From positions 9,982,001 through 10,046,000 of the forward strand of contig OX597831.1 in NCBI GenBank assembly GCA_951406725.2: a stretch of DNA of 64,000 bases, in the 5' to 3' direction. Positions 14,186-27,966 of the stretch are shown here, one piece after another (position 1 is the first letter of the stretch; each line of letters opens with the position of its first letter). This DNA comes from Octopus vulgaris. Its lineage: Eukaryota. Position numbers and translations under genes: made by a program. Below the pieces are notes generated by a model that searched no databases, was not told the DNA's origin, and worked only from the letters and a program-made list of their open reading frames with translations.

Positions 14186-14502
14186 TCGAGGACCATGCAC
14201 TGCAATGGTTTCGGATTCAAGGGCCCACAGCTATTTAACACCTTGCCAAAACATCCCAGGGATCATTATAGGGTAGGGTTAGATGTTTTCAAGAACTGAC
14301 TTGACATCCTGCTATCCAAAACAGTAGATGAAGAAATATTAAGGCAAGAAACTCAAAAAAGCGGAGTAGTGTCAAATTGCATCCTTCACCAAAAGCCGAT
14401 CATATAGAATTGACCAATGGAAAGGTGATTACACTGGCGGTGCCCCAGTATGGCTACAGCCTTAGGGCTGAAACGTGTAAAAGCATAAAAGAATAAAAGA
14501 AT
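14186..14502 (+). mobile_element. CR1-group LINE 3' remnant (ORF2 C-terminus, 3' UTR, (TAAAAGAA)n tail)
   Basis: Translates CNGFGFKGPQLFNTLPKHPRD..LDVFKN*LDILLSKTVDE..SNCILHQ, matching the FNxLP..FKxxLD C-terminal motif; in-frame stop. Confidence 0.8.
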
Positions 14503-14548
14503 ATATATAACTATATATGTATACATATGTATATGTATATATATATAT

Positions 14549-14590
<42 letters not shown>

Positions 14591-15503
14591 ATATACATAC
14601 ATACATATATACGTATATCTTGAGAGAGAGATGTATATGCATAAAAACACACGTAAAATGAAGCAAGAGAAAAAAAATAGGAAGAAGAGAGAAAGAGGAA
14701 GTGGAAGAGAGAGAGAGAGAGAGGGGTGAGAGAGGGAGAGAAAGAAAGGATCGACTGACATTTAATTTTATTAACTCTTTCGTTACTAATGATCTCTGCG
14801 ACTTGTTTTCCTCTTCTTCTATTTACATTGAAATCGTTTCGTGGAAACATTATGCCACATTAAGCAGCAAGATTTTAAACACTAAATGTTTGCATGACTA
14901 ACTGCTCAGAATAATGACCAATTAGTAAATTGGGTTTTAAAGCAGAAAGTACAAAAGGAGCATTCAGCAACTGATTTTTTCTAGACGTAGACGTCTTTAT
15001 TAATGATGTGTCCATTTATTTGTCTGGTTTGAAGCAATACAAACGAAGGAAAATGTTGTTTGTTACTCAAGGCTATCGTTCATTGTTCTTTTGTTTTCAC
15101 TCGTTTCGGTGATATACTTCTTAAAGAAAAAAACATTTTCTTCATAAATATCAAACTGTTGTTTTCGTGTTTGTGCTTCCTGTTTTCCTATAAATTGGCA
15201 TTATTTAGATATGAAAATGTTCATTCCTGCTTCAATAGACTGCTACAAATTAGTAGAAGTAGAGACGTGTCCTCACACAAGACAGGTAACTACCTTTAAG
15301 CAGTGAATCGACTTGTAGATAAATAACAAACAAATCTCCACGGAATTATTCACTCCACACATTAAAATAGATTTATATGGATATCGTAGTAATGTATATA
15401 CAAATAAGTTAATCGTGTTTAGAATATGTTAGCTAGTAGATCAGGTCAATCGAGTCTCGATATTGTTCAAGAGTGCAACGATAACTATAAATCTATAAAT
15501 CTA

Positions 15504-15735
15504 AAGGCGGCGAGCTGGCAGAAACGTTAGCATGCCGGGCGAAATGCGTAGCCGTATTTCGTCTGCCGTTACGTTCCGAGTTCAAATTCCGCCGAGGTCG
15601 ACTTTGCCTTTCATCCTTTCGGGGTCGATAAATAAATTACCAGTTTCGCACTGGGCTCGATGTAGTTGACTTAATCCCTTTGTCTGTCTTTGTTTGTCCC
15701 CTCTATGTTTAGCCCATTGTGGGCAATAAAGAAAT
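15504..15735 (+). mobile_element. Full-length Meta-domain SINE (family A)
   Basis: A box agctggcagaa, B box gttcaaattcc, core gcctttcatcctttcggggtcgataaa..accag, tail aaagaaata. Confidence 0.93.
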
Positions 15736-16876
15736 ATATAAAGCTAGAAAGGTATACAGAGATCTGTAGCGTGTTTCACGAGCTTCTATTCACACGCATT
15801 TTAGCCTACCATGTTAGAAAGGGAACTGAGTGGCTGATGTAGTCAAAGATGATGCTTTCCCTGTGTTTTAACGATTCTGTCATATTGTTTAGATGTAATG
15901 TAATTGGAGGCGACTGTAATTGGAGGCTTTTCCAGTTTAAAGATTCATGGGACTTTTTTAGTTTCAGTCGGCTGAGATTCAATAATAATTCAAGTAGGGT
16001 TTCATATCTAATATAAAAATTTCGAAATTCACTAATGATGCTAAAACATTCATATTTTGGAAGCTTGGGACGAAAATATATACGAAATACAATCCTGACA
16101 AATGTTTAAGTAGTTAATAATTGTGTGGTGCTAACAGCCAGAATATAATGTAATGTTTAATCCAAATTTTCACATCTTGCCAAGAGTCCAAAGACACATG
16201 GACAGTAAAAACAAACAAGAAATACTTGGGATATTTGTCCACTGGATGACGATTGATTTCCACATCACATTGTATTTCATGCCGTTCTATGAGCTATCGA
16301 TTCGAAATAATACACATTGTCATCCATATTCTTTTTAACATCATGCTTGTAATGTTAGATTAAATTCTATGCTGCCAAACAAATCACTTTGTAAACAACG
16401 CTCTAAGGTGTTATTGCAATATTTAAACCATGTTATTTCCGGAATAATTGTGACGCGAATTAACTGATGAATGTTAGGAAGAAGACATGTTCATAAAGAG
16501 ATTTTGGACAAAAATATGAAAACCGTTGCACGTTGTTTGTTCCGTTAATTCATTGACAATTCCCGGATATTTGAAGAGACAGTAAAGTTTATTTCGATGC
16601 AACAGAAGCGATAGTTATTATTGCTTACCAAATGCTTCTTTATTTTTCTACATAAATCGTCTGATTTACAAACAAGAACCTTCATTCACAAACCTCTGTA
16701 TTACGAAAACACCTTTAGGAAAACCGACGAAGTAAAATCTAGATGAATAATGAGGAAGCTTAGAGAGTTCGACGAGACCTCTTCTCTTATACAAATGATT
16801 CTATTTTTGATGTAGATTTAAATATTTGGGTTAATTAGGAAAGTTACCGTTGATCTAAATATTTCTCGTCTCCTAT

Positions 16877-17075
<199 letters not shown>

Positions 17076-17356
17076 GTGGAAACAGACGTATGTTTGCACA
17101 GTATACACCTACTCGCACGCACATGCGCACACATACGAGGTCCGTGCTACAGGCTTTTACGAAGAAATAAACTCGTTATAACAACAAACCGTAACACACG
17201 CATACTACAGCCACATCCAAACGTGCACATAGACACAGACACACACACACACATACACTCTCTCACACACACAGACACATGTATTTATATATATATATAT
17301 ATGTGTGTATGTTACTGATATAAACCGCACCATAGGCACTTCAACACACATATATG

Positions 17357-17584
17357 TTTCTTTACTACCCACGGGGCTAAACACAGAGGGGACAAACAAG
17401 GACAGACAACCGAATTAAGTCGATTACATCGACCCCAGTGCGTAACTGGTACTTAATTTATCGACCCCGAAAGGATGAAAGGCAAAGTCGACCTTGGTGG
17501 AATTTGAACTCAGAACGTAACGGCAGACGAAATACGGCTACGCATTTCGCCCAGCGTGCTAACGTTTCTGCCAGCTCGCCGCCC
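17357..17584 (-). mobile_element. Full-length Meta-domain SINE (family A)
   Basis: Near-identical reverse complement of 15504-15735. Confidence 0.93.
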
Positions 17585-18540
17585 ATTACACACACTTATA
17601 CATCTTCATACTACTCTACATATGTGAGTGTGTGTGTGTATCTCACACTCTCTCTCTCTCTCTCTCTCTTTCACTGTGTGCTTGTGTGCGCATGTACGTG
17701 TTATTGTTTGACTTTACGCATACATATTTCTCTTTTATTGTAGTTCCTGTTTACTGTGTCTCCCCAGTGAGAATAACGAAATGGCTCAATTGAATTACTC
17801 GTATATATACGGACAGAATATATCTCAAGAATTAGTGTTGCGCACACATAAAAGAATACGAGAAACAACTAACTTTATGTGTTTGGTGTTGTTTTATAAC
17901 TACAGGCTAAACATACATCAATATAAAAATTATTTTCAATGTCGATATTATCATTGACTTGCATATATAAAGTTACCAGATTTATTTCATCGCGCCATAA
18001 TTCGCAGAGAGAATAAAATTATTTTTAACCCTTGACCATGGGATTGAGGTTAACTCAGATCTCAGTGGCATATTCTGTCTCTGTACCGTAAACCACGTGG
18101 CGTTTTTATTTATAGACATTACATATTAAACTTCGAAATATGTACTTATAAGAAAAATCCCATGAGTTGATTTACAGAATTGATCCCCCACCTCTTCTAT
18201 CATAATTACGTGCAATCTAAATAGTAATGCTGGTAAAAGTGAATTTTTAAAAATCTGTGTAAACTAAATGGATAATATTTCTCCTGCTAAGAATTCGTCT
18301 CTGGGATTTCGATCCAGCCAAGAAACTATCCACCACGTTATAATTACACACGCGGAAATAAAGGAGCTGCATCAGATGGTTCAAATCGCAGTTGTACTTT
18401 TTTAAAGCGTCCGCCCCCTACCGTCTTAAAGGTGACAGTGAAAACATCATAGGTTCAGATATATATTCATAAATGCTGAGACAAAAACGGTGCTTGTTAA
18501 AACGCTTTTGATCACAGGTTTATACGATCAACACACGCAC

Positions 18541-18571
<31 letters not shown>

Positions 18572-18630
18572 TGTATGTATGTATGTATGTATGTATGTAT
18601 GTGAGTGTGTATGTATGAATATATGTATGT

Positions 18631-19057
18631 ATAATAATAATAATAATGAAATTATTGTATACAGTGCTCAGGTGCACCACAACTTGTCAAAAAGTGCATT
18701 TAAAGCATATGCACTAATGTACAAATGTCTGGGAAGCGAACAGTGTATGAGTCAGATATATGCTTGCGTGTGTATGGAGAGAAGAAAATCAGGTGTAGTG
18801 TTGGCGAATCTCAGGAAGCATGGAGGTTTTGAAGGATGCAGTGCTCCGACAACTAACAACTGATGCCGTCAGTCTGTTCCATGTTTCAGCAACTCTTGGC
18901 GTGAAAAAATGTTTCCGAAAGCCATGGGAGCAGTGCTATTTTCTGACTTTGTAAACATGTCCATGGGTGTTAGACAGGTGAAGTTTGAAAAGGTGCTCAG
19001 AGTTATTGTTTGTAAGATGGTTAATAATTTTATGGGTGTCTGCCAAGTCAGCTGCCA
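18631..19057 (-). mobile_element. CR1-clade LINE 3' remnant with (TTA)n tail
   Basis: Translates AADLADTHKIINHL..LFKLHLSNTHGHVYKVRK*..RKHFFTPRVAETWNRL..SFK (RGH..FFxxRVxxxWNxL motif). Confidence 0.88.
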
Positions 19058-19559
19058 TACATGTATGTGTGTATGAATATATGTATGTGTATATATGTGT
19101 ATAAACAACCGCATCACGACAAAGACCCAAAACAGCAAGAGAAACTGCGCCTGAAAACTAACCTTTCAGACAGCAATAGGATTTTCATAACTGCAAAGTA
19201 TTTATCAAGGACCAGACTAATTTTTTCTTTTTTCTCAAAAGTGATATTGAAGTAACTTCGACAACCGTATACACATCATATTTCTCATGAAGAAATCACG
19301 TTGTGGATCAACGAGTGTCTTCTAAGTAAAAGTATACCTTTATTAAATCATTATTTCATGGGCCGTATTTGTATGATTTTATATTTCATACCTTATCTGT
19401 TTCCACCATCAACTGAATTGTGCACTGTTGACGTTGTTCTTGCTTACCGCCATGACATTCCCATCGAACACATATGGGACCCAGATGCCACGCATACCCG
19501 ACTATGAATTTTTGGATCGCTAGAACCCAAACTATTTATAAATCCTTTTTGGGTAGCTA

Positions 19560-19850
19560 GGAGATCAAGGAGTCTCTGTAGCTTCGAACACTAATTGTTT
19601 GCATTGAAAGGGCGGAGCTCCGATACTGTCGACATGCGATTAGTGAATCACAATCACAAGAAACAATGGCTAAATAGCTTCTACAAGTAGAGACAACAGG
19701 CAGGAGACCCACAGGTACACCAAGAACGAGATAGCCGGATAATACCCGTCGCTTCATGTATTATCGCTTGCGAATCAAATCGGAAAGTTTAATGAGGATA
19801 GCTTCTGTTAGGCAAATATGGTGGAGGGGAAACCCAAGACACGTCTGCTG
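19560..19850 (+). mobile_element. RTE-clade LINE 3' remnant
   Basis: IKESL..IERAELRYCRH..LLQVETTGRRPTGTPRTR*PDN resembles LRWxGH..GRRPRGRPRxRWxDN. Confidence 0.7.
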
Positions 19851-20747
19851 AGATATTCGGCAGTGATTTGCTCAGAATCATTCTGTGACAGCAAAGATTT
19901 GATAGCAAGATGATCCGCTACGGTTCGCACTATCTCAATGTGTGTATGCATGTAACCGAGGCCACATATCAACCAGTATTACCACCGAAACTCTGAGCAT
20001 GACTCCTTGATCGGAACCAGCTCAACCCATCACGGGTAAATGCCGCCGCATATACAGGCACAAATAAGTATTGAGGAGGTGTCTGAGACATTACCCACAC
20101 AACACTCTTAGGAATAGAGGGCGGAGAAAATAGATGGATGGATGGTTGAGATTGAAGGTAAGGTTGGCTTCGATATGTACAACGTGGTATAAAACTAAAT
20201 ATGCATTCGATATTTGTGGGATTGATTCAAGATAGAATATGCCCTGCAGACTGTGATTCCCATGATATGGAATGGTAATATTGAGCAGTTTCAGTGAATA
20301 ATCCTAAGATATTATATTTTCTGTTTTCTCAATAATAACGCTATTATGTTTTGTAGAAACATCCTTGATATTATATGTCCGCCATTGTCGTCGGACAAAA
20401 AGCTTTCACGTGTCTATTTTTTCCTTGCTTACTTAGACAATTGCTTAAACTGAAATATAATCCAGATCAAAGATTCTAGAATAACAAGGAATCTAAGAAT
20501 TATTGAAGAAATATTTATGACAATGGAACTGATTCAAGGGAAAGAGAATACAAAGAAATAAGTGTGTGGGTGTGTATATGTATATATTCACACACACGTA
20601 CACACACACACACACTTATATATATATATATATATATATTCACACACACATATATATAAGTATATATATATATGTATGTGTGTATGTATGTATGTATGTA
20701 TGTATGTATGTATATGCATGTATATGTATATATATGCATGTGGATGC

Positions 20748-20794
<47 letters not shown>

Positions 20795-20830
20795 GGCATG
20801 TATATATGTGTATATATGTATACATATATG

Positions 20831-20862
<32 letters not shown>

Positions 20863-21612
20863 CACTTACAAACATACACACTCACACGCACACACACACA
20901 CACACACACATATATGTTTATATCTAGGTGTATACACACTCATTCAGAATGTATACGTTTGCGGGATTGGCAGAAATGGCGATAGAAAGATGGAAACACA
21001 CACATTGTGAGGGAATGGGAGTGATTCGAGTGTAAAACAGAAATAAGTAGATGTGTGTCCTTGTATTCTAATATTTATATCTTCCGATTTTTTTTGAACG
21101 TACAATACAATAATCCTGTTAAATAAAATTCCCATCCGTATTAAAGAGAACGAACTCTTTTTCATGATATTTCTATTGTTCACCAATGTAAGTATATACG
21201 GAGTAGCTTTCTATTTACTCCGACATATGTATAGTACTTCCCAATATTGTAAGAGCAGTTCTGTAAAATGCTTTATTGTGCGATTTATATGTATATTATA
21301 GAAGCATGGAACTAAATACGGTGCTATTTTTAATCTCTTTTTCTCTACTCCCTATCAGCGTAATGTCAGGCGATATTTATTGGAATCGGACGACAGTCCT
21401 ACGTTGCAGCTTCCAGTAATAATTCGTTGTATATTCATATAGGAAACGAGTTCAAGTCAAGTGATAGATTGCCTATTATTGCACTTTATTTAGTGATTAC
21501 CTGATTGCTTCCGAAGTGATAAAGGGTAACGATAATCCTAGAGAAATTTCAGCTTGTGTCTTAAACGTTATGAAGAGAAATACTGAAATACCTGTCTGAA
21601 TTAGTAACGCAT

Positions 21613-21947
21613 CCACTGCGTGGCATCTTGGGCAAGTGTCTTCTGCTATAGCCCCGGGCCGACCAATGCCTTGTGAGTGGATTTGGTAGACGGAAACTGA
21701 AAGAAGCATGTCGTATATATGTATATATATATATATGTGTGTGTCTGTGTTTGTCCCCCTAGCATTGCTTGATAACCGATGCTGGTGTGTTTATGCCCCC
21801 GTCACTTAGCGGTTCGGCAAAAGAGACCGATAGAATAAGTACTGAGCTTACAAAGAATAAGTCCCGGGGTCGAGTTTGCTTGACTAAAGGTGGTGCTCCA
21901 GCATGGCCGCAGTCAAATGACTGAAACAAGTAAAAGAGTAAAGAGTA
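21613..21947 (+). mobile_element. 5'-truncated family B SINE
   Basis: ccactgcgtggca.cttgggcaagtgtcttct..gagtggatttggtagacggaaactg..cagtcaaatgactgaaacaagtaaaagag. Confidence 0.92.
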
Positions 21948-21990
21948 ATGAGTATCTGATTTCCGAATTAAAGGGTAAACAAAATAGCTC

Positions 21991-22869
21991 GTAGAAATGT
22001 AGAAATAATCATCATTTATTCAATAATGAATGTAATATTTAAATATGTTGATAAGCATAATTTATCGTTCCCTTTTCTTTTGATATATTTTTATTGATGG
22101 AGAAACACATATTATTTGCTTATTTCATGTAATATTAGTTTCATACTTCGGAGCAAGGCTGACAATTTTAGGGAAGATGGAGAGAAGTGGATTACATCAA
22201 TCGCAGTTCTCAACTGGAATGTATATCACTGATTCCAAAAGGATGAATCTTTAATTCTCCCGAATATTCATTTACAAACGCATTTTCAAGTTTTCATTGG
22301 TCTTTGAATCATAAGTGAAAACTGTACTCACGTACTTTACTTCAAATGTGCCTCTCGAAGACTGCCATTTAATGAATTCCTTACGAGAAGGAAACAACAG
22401 TGAAACCTCTGTCTTCGGTTTCGATCTATTTCGTTGTTATCTGTACATGATGTTACGTGACACCGATTAATATTCCATGCAATATATAAGGCGTCAACCA
22501 GGCAAAATTGGTAGCACCCCGAGCAAAATGCTGCTAAGCATTTTCTCTGTCTTTACGTTCAGAGCTCAAATTCCGTAGATGTCAACTTTGCCTTTCATCC
22601 TTTCGGGGGTCAGTGATATAAGTTCCAGTTGAGAACTGGGTTTGATGTAATCGAATTCTTCCCATCTTCCCTAAAATCGACAGCCTTGTTCCGAAACTTG
22701 AAACTAATATTACACGAATTAAGCAAATAATATGTCTTTCTCCATCAATAAACAAACAAAGACAGCGTCACCACATATGGCAGAAAAGGGCACAATAAGT
22801 TATACTTATCAATATATTTAAATATTACATTCATTATTAAATAAATGACAATTATTTCTACATTTCTAC
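21991..22869. repeat. Local inverted duplication, arms 21991-22247 and 22594-22869
   Basis: Arms are reverse complements across the SINE 3' half plus about 150 bp of unique AT-rich flank. Confidence 0.88.
22489..22710 (+). mobile_element. Diverged family A SINE with alternative tail
   Basis: aaggcg..ggcaaaattggtagca..ctcaaattccg..ctttgcctttcatcctttcgggg..ccttgttccgaaacttgaaac. Confidence 0.8.
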
Positions 22870-23409
22870 AAATATATTTTTTTTATTTGCTGTCTCTTCA
22901 ATGTTGACAAGCAACAAACTCACATACACACACACAAGCACTCTGCGTTTATGTGCCTCTCTCGGTCTGTCTCTCTGCCTTCCTTTCGCTTTCTGTTTCA
23001 TTAAATTATTTTGTCTTCATTTGTAATTCTTTACGGCTGAAGTTGCTGTTGTTATAAAAGGTTTATTGATTAATTTCTGATATATTTACATTATCTACAA
23101 GTATGTTTCAGTCAAACAAAATGGCAACGACAAAAACAAATGTTCACCGCAACATCGTTCTGCCAGAGTTTAATAATTGTGTATTAATTCGTTCACATTT
23201 TAGTGACGAGAGTGAAATGCAAAATTTATTATGCTTTAATTCTTAATCAAATTATTTCTGGTTCAAATAATAGATAAGTGAAAATTGCGTCGCGTAATTA
23301 AGAATTCTTGTAAATATTTAAACCTTAGGCTATACTGCTATAGAAATGACAATTAAAAATACAGAAGACAGTATTGATCTGTGTCTAAATGAGTGGGACT
23401 ATGTGGCAC

Positions 23410-23471
<62 letters not shown>

Positions 23472-23493
23472 GTTTGAGCGTGCTGGTGTGTTG

Positions 23494-23545
<52 letters not shown>

Positions 23546-23575
23546 GTTTCAGCATGCTAGTGTGTTTATATATAT

Positions 23576-23855
23576 TACGAGATCGTGGGTTCGCTTCGTA
23601 GCCTGGGCGTTGTGTTGTGTTCTTGAGCAAAGCACCTCATTTTACGTTGCTCTGCGATCAAACCGACACCTGACACGTAGCGCCCAGTTGCACATGTACA
23701 GGTAATGTCGATTTGATGGAGGGAATATGCTTCTGTTTACACAACCATGTGATCACAATAAACAAAATCATTTTTGCGGTTGTCCGGTGAGAAATTGTCG
23801 AACCCTCATACGTCACCTAAAGTCGGAAGAGTCCATTGTATTCCTTTCGGTCTTT
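23576..23855 (+). mobile_element. 5'-truncated tRNA-derived SINE, family D (V-type core)
   Basis: gatcgtgggttcg (B box), gcgttgtgttgtgttcttgagcaaagcac, tail gaaccctcatacgtc. Confidence 0.7.
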
Positions 23856-23856
23856 C

Positions 23857-24040
23857 AAAATGTGACCCCGTGTGTACCGTTGGCGATTTTTCCCTCTGTC
23901 TTCCCTTCTCCTATGTTTCCGACGAAGAGCTCCGCTCGAAACGTTGAACCCTCTTTCTTTCCTTCTTTCCTGAGCGTCCAATAATACTATATTTGTTCCA
24001 CGTCCACGCGTTGTTGTGTTTTTTTGTTTGGATTAACTAT
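23857..24040 (+). mobile_element. Penelope-like terminal-repeat fragment
   Basis: Homologous to 13278-13499; ends in a TA/TATG tract; contains a hammerhead fold. Confidence 0.65.
23915..23949 (+). ncRNA. Minimal type I hammerhead ribozyme (CCGACGA core, U4C)
   Basis: GUUU-CCGACGA-A-GAGC ucc GCUC-GAAA-CG-U-U-GAAC. Confidence 0.7.
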
Positions 24041-24048
24041 ATATACAC

Positions 24049-24079
<31 letters not shown>

Positions 24080-24119
24080 TGTATGTATGTATGTATGTAT
24101 GTATGTATGTATATATATG

Positions 24120-24150
<31 letters not shown>

Positions 24151-24151
24151 A

Positions 24152-24212
<61 letters not shown>

Positions 24213-24221
<9 letters not shown>

Positions 24222-24294
24222 GGGATTATATCCAAATTTACAAGGAAAAATTAGATATAGGATTAATAATGGTTTTATCTCTAATTTAATTTTA
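24213..24294. repeat. (TA)n-embedded rearranged fragment of the 47463 family
   Basis: First block is the reverse complement of about 47585-47632; second block matches 47528-47552 in forward orientation. Confidence 0.7.
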
Positions 24295-24310
24295 CATATA
24301 TACATATATG

Positions 24311-24370
<60 letters not shown>

Positions 24371-26578
24371 CATTGATATATGAGTGAAAAGCACCGACCG
24401 GCGAATGTATTTCGAAGAATGTCATCCCAGCCATTGAGTAGGCTATGTACGGATGACTTAAAGCACTGCAATATTTAATGTTATCAAGTTGGATATCATC
24501 TGTCCCCAAAAATAGCAAAACGCTATTTGCAGTATTTAATTATATATTTGATTATATCATTTTGTTAATATTAGACAGTTCAGAACCGATTTAACAAAGT
24601 TAAACTCCCGTATGTTACATACCAAGTGACGTTACTTACTTGAATGGAATTACCTATTTCAGAACTAACTTCATAAGCCTTGATTTGAAATTTCCATGCG
24701 TGATAATTTTTAAATAACACTCTCTATATATGCAAGTGTTTACAGCTGTCACTTCGCCATTATAGCTTAGGGCCTGCTATGGTTGACTTTCAAAAACAAA
24801 TTCTTCACCAACCGGCTATTGATAATTATGAAGAAAGTAATTAATAAATATTAACATTACTATAAACTGTCATTAATAATTAAATAGTATTATTGAATTT
24901 TGTAATGACTGTACTGAAATATTCCTACGCTCTTGAGGAGGAGTGTAGGGTCTATCATTTATTTTGAACAATACGGATTGCAATAGACGTGATAACATCT
25001 ATCAAAAATAACATCATGTAATTATCCTCACTTCATCTATGTATCTATTTTTATCATACCATAATGGAAAATCAAAACCATTCAGAAGTAATATCTGATA
25101 AAGGAGATTTTATTGTGAATCTGTCTTGATGAACTTCTATTAACCATAAAATCTCAAATAAAAATTAAGAAGTGCCAATTAAATTCAAGAATATTCTCGT
25201 CAAATCTCTACAAGAAAACAGCACTGGAGATGAGTGGAATACGAAGCTGCAGGAACATTCTTACAAAATATACATAACGCTCCTGTGTTAAGAAGATCAT
25301 ATCAGAAATATAAATGATATCTTTAACTGGATGTGCCGATGCAAATCTATGAGAACTATAATCGATTTTACACTCTACTTTGGCTTTTTATGACCTCATA
25401 GAAAACTTTTAATTAGCAAGTTGTTTGCAGAATAATATTCTTCTGTACTAATTATTTCAGCAGGTTTCTTTCATAAAAATTATACATTGATTTCATTTTA
25501 TACATATTAATAAAAAGAAAACACGCTTAATTATTTCACTGGCATGAACCGTTAAAGAAAGAACTTTCAATGGAAATAAAACACGTTGCTTAAAATATAA
25601 CACTAATAAACGAATAATAAAACAAGAAAATCCGCTATTACTGTCTGAAAATAAATACAAAAATATTTCAGCCAATATAATTTCGCAAAATAGAGTAGAA
25701 CTTTATTGTCGGTTGGGAATTTCGTGTAAAGTGCCTGAGAACATTAGTAAAAGAATAGGAAAATTTCTCAAATATTAATTAATGGATGAAACAAAGCAAG
25801 TAGAAATGGCAATCTATTAATTCTACAAAACTTTTGCCATCATAGAATTATATAACGGCACATTTGTTTCCCTTTGTCGTAGTTTTGATATTCATGAAAT
25901 CATTAAATTATATCGGAGTGTTGCATAACAGCCTTCTAATCTTATCAGCGAAGGATTCATTGATTCAAGTTAAAGTGTAACTTCCAAAACTCCTGCTACA
26001 CTCACAACCTTTTGAAAGGAATGAGTTAAAATACGAGCCGTTTGTATACATGTATTGGCTGTAGTTTGTGATTAGCCAAACATCAAAGTGTTTGGCATTT
26101 TGATTCCCTAATGAGGCACTGATGAACTTTAATAAAATATGTAAGGAATGCTCTTAAATATGAAAGAACAAAAGAAAGTATATTACCCCCAGCTCATTAA
26201 TATATAATAAGGTTTCAATGTGGGCTAATGAAAAAGAGCTTCTATGCTGACGAGTTGCTTGCTATAAATACTTATCAAACCCTCAGTAATTTTGCTTAAT
26301 GGACATAATGCCATAATGGCAACATATAATGTTCGTAATATTCAAAATTGTATTTACTTATTTCGATCAAATTTTATGTCTATGTGCAATCTATAATATA
26401 TTATACATTATCTCTTGATAAAAGGCGGTTAGGACACGCATGGATGGGTTAGTTCGTAGGCCACCTGCATGAGTGCATAGCTGATTGTGCAATGCATACA
26501 TATCTTAACACACACATACATACACACATATATGATATTTTATAAGCTTAGGGATTATTATTATCATCATCATCATCA

Positions 26579-27700
26579 TAGACATCGCACAGTATACAAT
26601 ATCGCAAGGTTGTTGATTGAAGATATGTCTACCGGGAATTTGTACTATTTGTCAAATCACAACAATGACCTCAGACAGACACGACGCAGTAAACGTGCAG
26701 TTCCAAGTAATGCCGAATTTTGCTATATATCTAGATTGTAGGGTATTTCTAAGGTTTTCAGGTGCATTTTCTTTCAGATTGGGTGGTATTGAACCCAATG
26801 CTCCGATGACGATAGGGATAACCTTTATGTTCAACTCTCGTAGCTGTCACATCTTAGCGATCTCAATTCTCAGGTCTCCATATTTATCAATATTTTCTCT
26901 TTGTTTCATGATGATATGTTGACCTCCTGGCACTGCAACGTCAATTATTAGACATTCTTGTGTTTTCCTTCCTAAAGGTTACTATATGAGGCCTTTGGTG
27001 CCCTAATAACTTGTCCTAGAGGAATATTGCCTTCCCCATTTCGTCCATTACCTTTTCCGGTGTATATTGGTACCAAGAACCAGTAACCTCATATCCGTTC
27101 TTACGGCATAGTAGCCAATGGAGGTTTGGGGCTTCCTTGTCGTGTCTACGCTTATAATCTTCCTGCATAAAACATTCACAACCACTAGCAATGTGTGTCA
27201 CGCTGTCGACCTTCTTTCCACACATTCTGCACAAGTTCTTTGCACTTTTGTAGAATAATTTTTCACTGAGTTGGTATTCAATGCCTGGACCTAGGTCGCA
27301 ACGATTAGACATTCAGTATTCTTTATTAGGTCACCCTTGTTACGCCACCTGTATAATGCTTGCTGCTCACTTAATATGCTGGTTTTACGGTGGAACTGGC
27401 CATGTAATTCCATTCGGAGTGTGATTTCTTCCCCCTCGCCGGCTGTTCTTCGTCGGAATACATAAGCCCTCTCAAGTCCATTTTTGATAAATTCTTCTGC
27501 ACTAGCAGCATACTGTAGCGGCTGTTCTTTGCTGTTCACCAAATATTCTGTCATGTTTCTTTTTTGACTGTTGATGCACTGATCCACTAATCAGATCACG
27601 TCCACCTTTACCCGCACGTCATACTTTAGGGTGTGGGCACCATACATGATCATTGTCTTTAGGGCGGTGCGACCGAGTTGGTTAATCGCCACTTGTGCCC
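26579..27700 (-). mobile_element. R4/Dong-type (restriction-like endonuclease) non-LTR retrotransposon, 5'-truncated and decayed
   Basis: CCHC knuckle CRMCGKKVDSVTHIASGC, YKRRHD, HQRPHIV (PD motif), CLIIDVAVP, IDKYGDL, IPIVIGALG; frameshifts and stops; flanked by (TAA)/(TGA) triplet repeats as expected for this clade. Confidence 0.92.
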
Positions 27701-27865
27701 ATTATTATTATTATTATTAGTAGTAGTAGTAGTATTATTAGTATTTACAAAAATAGTGAAATTCAACACCGCCTTTAAAAAACATCGCAGAATATATATA
27801 CATACTTATACTTATATACCTACATACATACATAACACACACATACATATATATGTGTATGTATG

Positions 27866-27966
<101 letters not shown>

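Noticed and set aside
20515-21010. Clusters of YIYI/VCVC/HTHT ORFs here and throughout the window
   Set aside because: Dinucleotide and tetranucleotide microsatellite translations
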